Below are positions 1 to 9,115 of a stretch of DNA of 64,000 bases, in pieces. Within the stretch, counting starts at the first letter, position 1; each line of letters starts with the position of its first letter. Both the position numbers and the translations under genes were made by a program. The notes under the pieces were generated by a model, which made no database searches, had not been told where the DNA came from, and worked only from the letters and a program-made list of their open reading frames with translations. The stretch is taken from NCBI GenBank assembly GCA_050015075.1, contig JBEKCB010000007.1, positions 1 through 64,000 on the forward strand, in the 5' to 3' direction. The DNA is from Candidatus Brocadiia bacterium. GTDB taxonomy: Bacteria; Planctomycetota; Brocadiia; CAIUPP01.

Positions 1-35
1 TAATCCTCCAGCGTCTTTCTCAACACATGCTGCAC

Positions 36-93
36 GGGCGTGTCCTCCCAAAAGTGTCCTTGAATCCAACCGGAGGATACGCCCTTTTCTTTC
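36..93. terminator. 13-bp stem-loop followed by a T-rich tract; possible intrinsic terminator or leader structure of a divergent gene beyond the window edge
   Basis: GGGCGTGTCCTCC (36-48) pairs with GGAGGATACGCCC (72-84) with one mismatch, followed by TTTTCTTTC. Confidence 0.4.
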
Positions 94-236
94 TCCCGAC
101 AATTTACACACGATAGGGTACACTACCTCCCCATTTCCTGCGCTTGCTTGCGCGCGCGGATTTTTGATACGCTGTATTCAATGACGTTTCAGCGCGGCAA
201 CAACCCTCTCGGCTCGTCTTCAACCGCAGGAGCGCG

Positions 237-722
237 ATGTTGGAAACGCAGGGAAAACTGACCTGGATCGTGCCGGACGTCCTCGCCGCGATGGGCCGGC
301 CGTACGATCTGCGCAAGGCCGTCGAGCTGTTCAAGGACGCCGGGATCGGCGTGGTCATCAGCCTCACCGAGACGGCGCTCAACACCGACATCCTGGCCGA
401 GTTCGACATCGAGTATCATCACATCCCGGTGGACGACTACCGCGCCCCGGACGCGGCGCAGATCGAGCGATTCGTCTCGGTCGTCGCGGCGGCGCGCGAG
501 GCGGGGCGCAGGACGCTGGTGCACTGCTTCGCCGGGCGGGGTCGCAGCGGCACCATGGCCGCCTGCTATCTCGTCAGCCTCGGGCGGACGCCGGAGGAAG
601 CGCTCGCCGAAGTCCGCTCGCTCCGGCCCGGCGCGGTCGAGACCGAAGAACAGGAAGAGGCCGTCCACGACTACGCGAAGCACCTCCGGCAGAAGCGCGG
701 GCGGCGCGGACACGCGGACTGA
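237..722 (+). CDS. Dual-specificity protein phosphatase
   Basis: PTP signature VHCFAGRGRSGT (HCxxGxxR), acid loop IPVDDYRAP, RSLRPGAVETEEQ; AGGAG RBS. Confidence 0.92.
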   Translation: MLETQGKLTWIVPDVLAAMGRPYDLRKAVELFKDAGIGVVISLTETALNTDILAEFDIEYHHIPVDDYRAPDAAQIERFVSVVAAAREAGRRTLVHCFAGRGRSGTMAACYLVSLGRTPEEALAEVRSLRPGAVETEEQEEAVHDYAKHLRQKRGRRGHAD

Positions 723-742
723 AAAGGCCGAAAGCGAAATTC

Positions 743-772
743 TTGACTCCGCCGACGCGAATGGGGTAAACT
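743..772 (+). promoter_or_regulatory. Putative sigma70 promoter
   Basis: TTGACT-N18-TAAACT upstream of CDS 836. Confidence 0.45.
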
Positions 773-835
773 CGCTTCAGACGACCGCGGCGGAAAAAAC
801 GGTGGATTCGACTTCTCTTCGCAAGCCGAAAGGGC

Positions 836-1543
836 GTGCCGATGCTCGAGCCGGTTTTCGACGCCCCCGATTACGAGGAGTGGGACGAGAACGACTGGGA
901 GCGCTTCCTTCAGCGCGCCGACGCCCGCACCGCGAAATTCCAGGAACTCTTCGAGACGCTGGTCCATCACCCGCACCGCGACCGCCTCATCGCGCATGAG
1001 ATGGGCTGGGAAGACGACCTGGCGGAATGCGGCGGCACGGCGTCGAAATGCCCCTCCTGCGACAAGCGCTTCGACTGCGAGGCCTACGAAATGCTCCGGC
1101 TGATGTCCGAGCCGGAGCGTCTCGACGACGACCCGGATGCCGAGGACCTCGTCGGTTGCTTCGAGCAGCTCCGCGAAATCCCCGCCTACGTCAGCGCGCA
1201 GGATTTCGCCACGCGGCTGGAGGACCTGCTCGAACGGCGGATGCAGAAATGGAGCGACGACGAGGACGCGCGGCGCGCCGTCTTCGCCGCCCAGATGGTC
1301 TCCGCGCAGGTCGCCGGCGGCCACGGCATCGGCTACGAGCGCGATTCCCTCTGCGGCAACATCGCCAACTGCAAGCGCGCCCTGCGCAGCCTCGGCGCCT
1401 GCCGCGAGCAGATCCTGGTCCTTCAGGAGCGCCGCCTGATTCGCCCCGACGACCTTCTCGCCCTCTCCGTCGAAGCCGAGCAGACCTCCGCCGAAATCAA
1501 CCGATGGATCGAGAGCCTTCGCGCCCAGATCTGGTGGCGCTAG
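836..1543 (+). CDS. Hypothetical protein with acidic N-terminus, four-Cys cluster and helical C-terminal domain
   Basis: Protein-like composition; CGGTASKCPSCDKRFDC; C-terminal AQVAGGHGIGY...KRALRSL resembles four-helix-bundle proteins. Confidence 0.75.
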   Translation: MPMLEPVFDAPDYEEWDENDWERFLQRADARTAKFQELFETLVHHPHRDRLIAHEMGWEDDLAECGGTASKCPSCDKRFDCEAYEMLRLMSEPERLDDDPDAEDLVGCFEQLREIPAYVSAQDFATRLEDLLERRMQKWSDDEDARRAVFAAQMVSAQVAGGHGIGYERDSLCGNIANCKRALRSLGACREQILVLQERRLIRPDDLLALSVEAEQTSAEINRWIESLRAQIWWR

Positions 1544-1576
1544 CGCGGCGTCCTGGAATTAATTTGCATGGCGCGC

Positions 1577-1664
1577 CGTCATTCTGAGCGAAGCGAAGAA
1601 TCTCATACGCTGCGCTCTGGCAACGATTTGTGGAGTGAGATGCTTCGCTGCGCTCACCATGACG
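1577..1664. repeat. CGTC-tagged REP-like inverted doublet
   Basis: CGTCATTCTGAGCGAAGCGAAGAATCTCA (1577-1605) and inverted TGAGATGCTTCGCTGCGCTCACCATGACG (1636-1664); 4 mismatches; intergenic. Confidence 0.8.
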
Positions 1665-1748
1665 CGTGCTAGATTTATGTAAGTTATTTTTCGCGACGCC
1701 ACACTGGTCGTTCGCGTTGCGGCAAGCTCGAAAGGGGCGACGGCGGCC

Positions 1749-2711
1749 ATGCAATACCGCAAGATGGGAAAATGGGGCGTCAAGCTCAGTTGCCTGGGCG
1801 TCGGGAGCTACCTGACCATCGGCATGAAGATGGACGACGCGGCCTCCCGCGAGGTCGTCCGCTTCGCCTACGACAACGGCATCAACTACTTCGACACCGC
1901 CGACGCCTACAACAAAGGGCGGGCCGAAATCGCGCTCGGTAAGATCCTGGCGGACTTCCCGCGCTCTTCGATCTTTCTGCTCACCAAGCTCTTCTGGCCG
2001 ATGGGCCCGGGCCCGAACGACCGCGGCCTCTCCGCCAAGCACATCCGCGAAAGCTGCGACGCCAGCCTCAAGCGCCTCCGGATGGATTACGTGGACCTTC
2101 TCATGTGCCATCGGCCGGACCCGGATACGGCGCTCGAGGAGACGATCCGCGCGATGGAAGACCTGGCCCGGCAGGGCAAGATCATTTACTGGGGCGTCAG
2201 CGAATGGCCGCCGGTGTTGATTCAGCAGGCGCAGGCGGTGGCCGCGCAGATGAACGCGCGCGCGATGGGCGTCAGCCAGCCGCGCTACAGCCTGCTCTGG
2301 CGCGAGCCGGAGAAGGAACTCTTCCCGCTGACCGCGCGCGAGGGAATCGGGAACGTCACGTTCTCGCCGCTGGCGCACGGCACGCTCACGGGCAAGTATC
2401 TGCCCGGCCGGCCCGCGCCCGCCGGCACGCGCGCCGCCGACCCGGAAACCAATTCGGTGATCATGTCCATGTATTGGAAAGAGGAGCAGAAGCAGGCGAG
2501 CCAGGAGTTCGTCAAGATCGCAGCGGGGCTGGCCGTCACCGCCGCGCAACTTGCCGCGGCCTGGTGTCTGCGCCGGCCCGAAGTCACCAGCGTCATCCTC
2601 GGCATCAGCCGCCTCGACCAGCTTAAAGAAAACCTCAAGGCCGTGGAGCTGGAGATTCCGCCCGAAGTCCTTCAGAAACTCGACGCGCTGTTTCCCGCAA
2701 CAGCGGTCTGA
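1749..2711 (+). CDS. Aldo/keto reductase (Kv-beta/Tas-like)
   Basis: GINYFDTADAY, LLTKLFWPMGPGPNDRGLSAKHI, SLKRLRMDYVDLLMCH, FSPLAHGTLTGKY. Confidence 0.95.
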   Translation: MQYRKMGKWGVKLSCLGVGSYLTIGMKMDDAASREVVRFAYDNGINYFDTADAYNKGRAEIALGKILADFPRSSIFLLTKLFWPMGPGPNDRGLSAKHIRESCDASLKRLRMDYVDLLMCHRPDPDTALEETIRAMEDLARQGKIIYWGVSEWPPVLIQQAQAVAAQMNARAMGVSQPRYSLLWREPEKELFPLTAREGIGNVTFSPLAHGTLTGKYLPGRPAPAGTRAADPETNSVIMSMYWKEEQKQASQEFVKIAAGLAVTAAQLAAAWCLRRPEVTSVILGISRLDQLKENLKAVELEIPPEVLQKLDALFPATAV

Positions 2712-2868
2712 CAGGATCTTCACGCGCCGCTGACGAGACTCTATCCAACCGCAGGATTTGCCTCATTTGCGCTTTTCTGCGCCGCCTCCGCCGAAATTTG
2801 CTGAAACGCCTGTTTTGCGCGGAAGTTCTCGATTTCATTGGCGATTCGCGAGCGAAATAGCCCTGATT

Positions 2869-2897
2869 TTGCTTACTTTTCTCACTTCTGCTACAAT
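2869..2897 (+). promoter_or_regulatory. Putative sigma70 promoter with extended -10
   Basis: TTGCTT-N17-TACAAT preceded by TG. Confidence 0.6.
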
Positions 2898-2962
2898 ACT
2901 CGACCTAATGGGTTATATGCGTTGACAAAACGCAACATATAGCGGTATTCAGGAGAAAAGTG

Positions 2963-4501
2963 ATGAGAAATGCACGCGCGTTCGTGGATGATTACCGGCG
3001 CAAAGGGTATCCGGACGACCGAATTCGAATCATCGCGAGCATGCGGCCGGAGCCGTTGCGGACTGAGGCTCTTCAGATTCTGGATGCCGAGGCGCCCGCT
3101 CTGAAAGAGGCCGACGCGCCGCCCGCCGGACATGAAGACGTTGGGCTGACGACATCGGAGCAGGCGGCCATTCAGGCCGACGAAGTGACGGCGGTCATCG
3201 AGCCGGCCGAGGCGGCATCCGCCGCGCCCGCGCCGGCGCCGGCGACGCCGCATCCGGACGTCGAGGCGCTCCGACAGGAAGTCGCGGCAGCTCACGACGA
3301 GCGCGACAAGATCGCGGCCGACCTGCGGAAGACCGCCGCCGAGTTGACGCGCACGCGTGCGGAAGTGACGCGCCTGAATTCCGATAATACCGAACTTCCG
3401 GCCCTGCGCAAACGGATCAGCGAACTCGAAGTGGCGCTGGCCACGAAGGAAAGCCTGCTGACCGAGAAGGACCAGGCGCTCTCCGAAAAGGAGACGGCGC
3501 TGGCCGTAGAGCGCGCGGAGCTCGAGGCGGCCGGCAGCCGCGTCGAGGCGCTGGCCGCGACCGTCGAAGGCCAGTCCGATCGGATACGGGAAATGGAAGC
3601 GCTCCATCAGCAGTTGGCCGGCGCGGACACGGAGCTGGAAGAATTGCGCGCCGCCGCCGCGCAGCTCAAGCAGGGCGTCGAGGCGAAGTGCGAGCACATC
3701 GCCGAACTCCAGGCCGACGTCACGAAGACCCGCGACGAGGCCGCGGCGCTGCGCCAGCAGGTTGAGTCGAACGAGAAAGCGGTCGGGCTGCTCCAGGACA
3801 AGCTCAGCTCGCGCGAGATCGAACTCACATCGCTCCGCGCGCATTTCGATCGCGAAGCGGCCGACCTGAAGAAACGCGCGGACCAGGAGATGTGGATCGT
3901 CCGCCGGCGGCTCCGCCGGTTCCAGAAGGGCGCGCTGCTCGGCGGCGCGGTCGCCGCATGCTTCCTGGCGGTGTTGGTGTATTACACCTTCGGCGGATCG
4001 AGCGACGACTCCCTGATGGCGAAAAACCTGGCCGCGGCCGCGAGCCATGAGCACCGGAGCGTCGCGGCGGCGACCTCGGTCCAGACGCCGCCTGCGCCGC
4101 TGCGCGCGCCCGGCAACCTCGCCCAGGCGCCCGCGCCCGCCAACCAGCCGGGCGCCGCCAAGCCGGTCGTCTGGAATCTCCCGAAAGTTGACGAGCCGCC
4201 GCGCAACAACGTGGTGACGCCGCCGCACAGCAACTTCACGCCGCCGCAGGCCCGCAGCTCTTCGACGCCGCCGGCGGCATTGGCCATTCCGGCGACGCCC
4301 GCGCCCAAGCCGGCCGCTGGTTCGAAGGTGGTCACCTACACGGTCAAGAGCGGAGAGACCCTCTGGATGATCAGCGAGAAGGTGCTCGGCAAGGGCGACT
4401 CGTGGCGCGAGATTGCCAAAGAGAACAAGATCAGCGTGGCGCAGGCCGGGCATCTGACGGCGGGGACGGTCTTGACGATCACCGTACCTGCGTCGAACTA
4501 A
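2963..4501 (+). CDS. Coiled-coil membrane protein with C-terminal LysM domain
   Basis: Long heptad-rich region, one TM (GALLGGAVAACFLAVLVYYTF), Pro/Ala linker, LysM YTVKSGETLWMISEKVLGKGDSWREIAKEN; AGGAG RBS (alternative GTG start at 2960). Confidence 0.88.
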   Translation: MRNARAFVDDYRRKGYPDDRIRIIASMRPEPLRTEALQILDAEAPALKEADAPPAGHEDVGLTTSEQAAIQADEVTAVIEPAEAASAAPAPAPATPHPDVEALRQEVAAAHDERDKIAADLRKTAAELTRTRAEVTRLNSDNTELPALRKRISELEVALATKESLLTEKDQALSEKETALAVERAELEAAGSRVEALAATVEGQSDRIREMEALHQQLAGADTELEELRAAAAQLKQGVEAKCEHIAELQADVTKTRDEAAALRQQVESNEKAVGLLQDKLSSREIELTSLRAHFDREAADLKKRADQEMWIVRRRLRRFQKGALLGGAVAACFLAVLVYYTFGGSSDDSLMAKNLAAAASHEHRSVAAATSVQTPPAPLRAPGNLAQAPAPANQPGAAKPVVWNLPKVDEPPRNNVVTPPHSNFTPPQARSSSTPPAALAIPATPAPKPAAGSKVVTYTVKSGETLWMISEKVLGKGDSWREIAKENKISVAQAGHLTAGTVLTITVPASN

Positions 4502-4511
4502 GGGACCCCGC

Positions 4512-5648
4512 GTGATCCTTTTCCGACCGATGCGCGCGGGGCCGGTGACCGTCGCGGGGCGCATGGCGCGGTCTGCCACCTTCGAAAACGCCGGCGACGC
4601 GCAAGGCCGGCCCGGCGAGGCGATCCGCAAGATGTACGTGGCGCTCGCGCGGGGCGGCGCGCCCTGGATCGTTTCCGGCTACGCCTTCATCCTTCCGAAC
4701 GGCCGTTCCGCCGCGACGCAGAGCGGCATCCACTCCGACGAACTGGTCGGCCCGTGGCGGCAGATCACCGAGGCGGTCCACCAGGAGCGCGCGGAGGTCA
4801 AGTTCTTCATGCAGATCGCACACGGCGGCCGCCAGGTGCCCGCCGACCTCGTCAGCGAGCCGATTGCGCCTTCGGCCGTGGCGGTCGGCGGCGGAGTCCG
4901 CCCGCGCGAGATGACCGCGCGCGAGATCGAGGAAATGCTCGACGCCTTCGGCCAGGCCGCCCGCCGCGCGCGCGAGGCCGGCTTCGACGGAGTCCAGCTC
5001 CACTGCGCCCACGGTTACCTGCTCAGCGAATTCCTCTCGCCGCACACCAATCGCCGCACCGATGAATGGGGCGGCACGCCGGAGCGCCGCCGCCGCTTCG
5101 TGGTCGAGGCGTTCCGCCGCGCGCGCGCCGCCGCCGGGCCGAACCTGGCCGTCACCGTCAAGCTCAACTGCGAGGACTTCATCCAGGACGGCCTTTCTCT
5201 CGGCGAGAGCTGCGAGGCCGCGCGCGCCCTGGCCTCCGAAGGGATTGACGCCATCGAGGTCAGCGGCTGGATGGCCGAAGGCGACGAGCGCTACGCGCCC
5301 ATGCGCAAGGGCGACCCGAAACCGCAGGAGGAAGCGTACTATCTCACGCAGGCCGTGGAGATCAAGCGCGCGGTCGGCGCCGTACCGGTCGGCGCCTGCG
5401 GCGGGTTCCGCTCCTACGACGTCATGGCCCGCGCGCTTGAGGGCGACGGGCTGGACTTCGTCGCCGTCTCGCGCCCGTTCATCGCCGAGCCGGACTTCGT
5501 CGCGCGGCTCCGCGCCGGACAGCCGCGCGCCACGTGCATCTCGTGCAACGAATGCTCCACGCGCCGCAACGGGCCCGTGCATTGTCCCCTGGTCGCCGAC
5601 GGCCGCCTCAAGCCGCCCGCGCCCGGATTATTCCCGCCGAAGTCATGA
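4512..5648 (+). CDS. NADH:flavin oxidoreductase (old yellow enzyme family)
   Basis: QIAHGGRQ, AGFDGVQLHCAHGYLLSEFLSPHTNRRTDEWGG, C-terminal CISCNEC. Confidence 0.95.
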   Translation: MILFRPMRAGPVTVAGRMARSATFENAGDAQGRPGEAIRKMYVALARGGAPWIVSGYAFILPNGRSAATQSGIHSDELVGPWRQITEAVHQERAEVKFFMQIAHGGRQVPADLVSEPIAPSAVAVGGGVRPREMTAREIEEMLDAFGQAARRAREAGFDGVQLHCAHGYLLSEFLSPHTNRRTDEWGGTPERRRRFVVEAFRRARAAAGPNLAVTVKLNCEDFIQDGLSLGESCEAARALASEGIDAIEVSGWMAEGDERYAPMRKGDPKPQEEAYYLTQAVEIKRAVGAVPVGACGGFRSYDVMARALEGDGLDFVAVSRPFIAEPDFVARLRAGQPRATCISCNECSTRRNGPVHCPLVADGRLKPPAPGLFPPKS

Positions 5649-6646
5649 CCGATCGCCTCGATTATAAAGTCGAACTCGACACCTACAGCGGCCCGCTCGA
5701 CCTGCTGCTGTACCTCATCCGGCAGGCCGAGGTGGACCTCTGGAACCTCCCGATCGCGCGCATCACCGAGCAGTACCTCCGGTACATGGAGCTGATGACC
5801 GAGCTGAACATCAACGTCGCCGGCGAATTCATCGTGATGGCGGCGCAACTGATCGAGATCAAGTCGCGCATGATGACGCCCGAGCCTGAGCCCATGCCTG
5901 AGGAAGAGCCGGACGACCCGCGGATGGAACTCGTGCGCCAGCTCCTGGAGTACAAGCGCTTCAAGGAAGCGGCGCTGGCGCTGAACGACCGGGCCGAGCT
6001 GCAGTCGGAGCGGTTCGCGCGGCCCGGCGAGCGGCCGGACGGGACGGTCGGTCCCGTTTCGGGAGCGCCGGCCGGCGTCAGCCTCTGGACGCTGTTCGAG
6101 GCGTTCTCGAAGATCCTCCAGCAGACCGGCGGCGGCCACGAACTCGTCTTCGACCCGATGCCCCAGGAGAGAATCCAGCGCGAACTGGAAGAGACGATGC
6201 GCACGGCGGGCCGGTTGACCTTCGTCGGAGTTTTTCAGGGGCAGATGACGCGCCTGCGGCTGATCGGCACATTCATCGCCCTGCTGGAACTGGTAAAGCA
6301 GCAGGTCCTCCACGTGGAGCAGGCGGAGGCGTTCGGCGAAATCTGGCTGACGTACGTGCCGCCGGAGGAACGCGTGCAGGCCGCGCCGCCGCTTCCTCCC
6401 GAGCCGGCGCCTGAATCCCCGCCGCCCGCGCCGGCCGCCGAACCGGACGAGCCGGCCGATGACGAATGGCCCGACGAAGATTCCAGCATCGTCCTGCCCG
6501 ATGTCCCGTCGGTTGACGAACCGCTTCCCGCGCCGCCGCCCGACGATGCGGACGAGCAGGACGAGGAGGACGAGGATGAGACTGACGACGAGGACGAGGA
6601 CGAGGATGAGGACGAGACCGACGACGAGGACGAGGGCGGCGAATAG
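5645..6646 (+). CDS. scpA: Segregation and condensation protein A (SMC kleisin) with long Pro-rich and acidic tail
   Basis: YKVELDTYSGPLDLLLYLI, EFIVMAAQLIEIKSRMM, ELVRQLLEYKRFKEAA, TFIALLELVK; ATGA overlap with upstream gene. Confidence 0.93.
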   Translation: MTDRLDYKVELDTYSGPLDLLLYLIRQAEVDLWNLPIARITEQYLRYMELMTELNINVAGEFIVMAAQLIEIKSRMMTPEPEPMPEEEPDDPRMELVRQLLEYKRFKEAALALNDRAELQSERFARPGERPDGTVGPVSGAPAGVSLWTLFEAFSKILQQTGGGHELVFDPMPQERIQRELEETMRTAGRLTFVGVFQGQMTRLRLIGTFIALLELVKQQVLHVEQAEAFGEIWLTYVPPEERVQAAPPLPPEPAPESPPPAPAAEPDEPADDEWPDEDSSIVLPDVPSVDEPLPAPPPDDADEQDEEDEDETDDEDEDEDEDETDDEDEGGE

Positions 6647-6658
6647 CAACTGACGGAA

Positions 6659-6739
6659 GGGAGACTGGGAGATTAGGTGATTGGGAGATTGGGACATTGC
6701 GGTCTCTAATCTCCTAATTTCCCAATCTCCTGATCACCC
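6659..6739. repeat. Inverted array of 8-bp tandem repeats
   Basis: Five GGGAGATT-like units (6659-6698) followed by four AATCTCC(C/T)-like inverted units (6708-6739). Confidence 0.85.
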
Positions 6740-6759
6740 ATACTCGCGAAGGAGAGAGC

Positions 6760-7341
6760 TTGGAGCACAGGGTCCTGGCATTTGCGGGCAGCCCTCGGCG
6801 GGGCGGGAACTCCGAGAAGCTCCTCGACAGCGCGCTGGCCGGCGTCGCCGCCGCCGCGCCCGGAGCGGCGATCACGAAGATCGTGCTCAACGAGCTTAAA
6901 TTCGCGCCCTGTCAGAACTGCCGCTTCTGCAACACGACCGGCTACTGCCGGTTCGCCGCGGGCGACGACATGAAGGGCATCTACGAGGCGCTCGACGCGT
7001 CGGACCGGTTCGTCATCGCCTCGCCGATCTACTTCGCCAGCATCTCCGCGCAGCTCAAGACCATGATTGACCGCTGCCAGGCGATCTGGGCGCGCAAGTA
7101 CCTGCTCAAGCGCCCGCACGCGAACCCGGACCGCAAGGCGCTTTTCCTCTCCTGCGGCGGGTTCAAGCACGACCGGTTCTACAAGTGCGCGCGGCAGGTC
7201 ATCGCCGCATGGTGCGTCGTGCTGGACATCCGGCTCACCGGCGAACTCTTCTATCCTTCCATTGACGCGCTCGGCGACATCCTGAAGCATCCCACCGCGC
7301 TCGACGATGCGTTCAGCGCCGGGCAAGAACTGATGAAGTAG
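6760..7341 (+). CDS. Iron-sulfur flavoprotein / NADPH-dependent FMN reductase (flavodoxin family)
   Basis: GSPRRGGNSEKL, CQNCRFCNTTGYC, ASPIYFASISAQLKTMIDRCQ; AGGAG RBS before TTG. Confidence 0.92.
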   Translation: MEHRVLAFAGSPRRGGNSEKLLDSALAGVAAAAPGAAITKIVLNELKFAPCQNCRFCNTTGYCRFAAGDDMKGIYEALDASDRFVIASPIYFASISAQLKTMIDRCQAIWARKYLLKRPHANPDRKALFLSCGGFKHDRFYKCARQVIAAWCVVLDIRLTGELFYPSIDALGDILKHPTALDDAFSAGQELMK

Positions 7342-7449
7342 CCGGCGGAAGTCCGCTTTCAGCTCGCAGCGCTTTCGTAGATTTTCCTCGTCTCTCGTGC
7401 TAAGATGCAACCCTCGATTTTCCGATATGAAATTGCGCGGGAGCAACCC

Positions 7450-8865
7450 ATGACGACTTCTTGGAGCATGCGCAGGGAGAAAGATTCTCTCGGCGAGGTC
7501 GAGGTGCCGGCCGCGGCTTATTACGGCGTCCAGACGCAGCGGGCGGTGGAGAACTATCCGATCAGCGGGCTGCGCGTCAGCCCGTTCCTGGTGCGCGCGG
7601 CGGGCTGCGTCAAGAAGGCCGCCGCCCAGACGAACGGCGCCGCCGGCCGCCTGCCGCCGAAGGTCGCCGCCGCCATCGCCGAGGCGGCCGACGACGTGAT
7701 CTCGCTGAAACTGCTCGACCAGTTCGTCGTGGATGCCTTCCAGAGCGGCGCGGGCGTCTCGTTCCACATGAACGTCAACGAGGTCATCGCGAACCGCGCG
7801 ATCGAGATCCTCGGCGGCCGGCGCGGCGACTACGCCGTGGTCCATCCGAACGACCACGTGAACCTGGGCCAGTCCACCAACGACGTCGTGCCGACCTCGA
7901 TGCGCCTCGCCGCGCTGATGCTGCTGCGCGAGGCGGAGCCGGTCTTCCTGGAGGCCGTGCGCGCGCTGCGCGCCAAGGCAAAGGAATTCGAAGGCGTCGT
8001 CAAGGCCGGCCGCACGCACATGATGGATGCCGTGCCGCTGACGCTCGGGCAGGAATTCGGCGGCTACGCCTCGGCGATCGAGCGCGCCGCGAACGCCGTG
8101 CGGGAATCGTCGGCGCACCTGCGCGCGCTCGGCATCGGCGCCAGCGCCGTCGGCACCGGCGTCAACACGTTCAGAGGCTACCGCGAGGAGGTCGTCCGCC
8201 GGCTCCGCGACCTGACCGCGCTCGAACTCCAGCCCGCGCCGGACCTCTTCGAGGCCACGCAAAGCCTGGCCCCGTTCGCGATCCTCTCCGGCGCGCTCAA
8301 GGCGCTGGCGCTGGAGTGCATCCGCATCGGCAACGATTTCCGCCTGTTGAGTTCCGGCCCGGTCACCGGCCTCGGCGAGATTCATCTGCCCGCGCTGCAG
8401 CCGGGGTCCTCGATCATGCCCGGCAAGGTCAACCCCGTCATGCCGGAGATGCTCGCGATGGTCGGGTTCCAGGTGGTCGGGAACGACGCGGCGATCTCGC
8501 TGGCGGTGCAGGCGGGGCAGCTTGAGCTGAACGTCATGATGCCGCTCGTCGCGCACAACCTGCTGCAATCGCTGCAGATCCTGCCGAACGCGATCGGGGC
8601 GTTCACAGCGAAATGCGTCGCGGGCGTGAGCGCCGACGCGGAGCGCTGCCGCCGTTACGCGGAGAGCACGCCCGCGCTGGCCACGATCCTCGACACGGTC
8701 TGCGGCTATCAGAAGGCCGCCGAGATCGTCAAGCGCTCGCTCGCCAGCGGAAAGTCCATCCGCGAAACGGCGCTCGAGCTGGGCTACGTCACGCGCGAGC
8801 AGGCCGAAAAGCTCCTGTCCCCCGAAGCGCTGATTCGGCCCGAGAGCGAACGCCGCGCGCGATGA
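7450..8865 (+). CDS. aspA: Aspartate ammonia-lyase (fumarase/aspartase family)
   Basis: EKDSLGEVEVP, YYGVQTQRAVENY, HPNDHVNLGQSTND, GSSIMPGKVNP; start may be 7468. Confidence 0.85.
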   Translation: MTTSWSMRREKDSLGEVEVPAAAYYGVQTQRAVENYPISGLRVSPFLVRAAGCVKKAAAQTNGAAGRLPPKVAAAIAEAADDVISLKLLDQFVVDAFQSGAGVSFHMNVNEVIANRAIEILGGRRGDYAVVHPNDHVNLGQSTNDVVPTSMRLAALMLLREAEPVFLEAVRALRAKAKEFEGVVKAGRTHMMDAVPLTLGQEFGGYASAIERAANAVRESSAHLRALGIGASAVGTGVNTFRGYREEVVRRLRDLTALELQPAPDLFEATQSLAPFAILSGALKALALECIRIGNDFRLLSSGPVTGLGEIHLPALQPGSSIMPGKVNPVMPEMLAMVGFQVVGNDAAISLAVQAGQLELNVMMPLVAHNLLQSLQILPNAIGAFTAKCVAGVSADAERCRRYAESTPALATILDTVCGYQKAAEIVKRSLASGKSIRETALELGYVTREQAEKLLSPEALIRPESERRAR

Positions 8866-8893
8866 ATAACTCTTCCACCACGACGGCACGAAT

Positions 8894-9003
8894 TTTCACC
8901 ACGACGACAGGACGAGCACTACGGGACGGCCGTTACCGCAATCCGCTGTTCTTGATGTTCGTTATGTGACGTTCGTCGTGCTCATTGTGTCGTTGTGGTG
9001 AAA
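8894..9003. repeat. Intergenic inverted repeat element (CACCAC...GTGGTG type)
   Basis: TTTCACCACGACGACAGGACGAGCAC pairs imperfectly with GTGCTCATTGTGTCGTTGTGGTGAAA; a partial extra left arm lies near 8873-8891. Confidence 0.65.
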
Positions 9004-9011
9004 GTTGAGGA

Positions 9012-9039
9012 TTGAAAAGCGGGGGCGAAATGGTAGAAT
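9012..9039 (+). promoter_or_regulatory. Putative sigma70 promoter
   Basis: TTGAAA-N16-TAGAAT with TG extension. Confidence 0.5.
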
Positions 9040-9115
9040 GACCGGCGATTTGCACTCGCGGGTGTCGGCCTTGGAGCGGCCGGACACCGGCCCAGGGCGG
9101 AAGGAGGCGGACCCG

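Noticed and set aside
6306-6321. Second parS-like palindrome TCCTCCACGTGGAGCA inside scpA
   Set aside because: Three mismatches to the consensus and within coding sequence; likely chance
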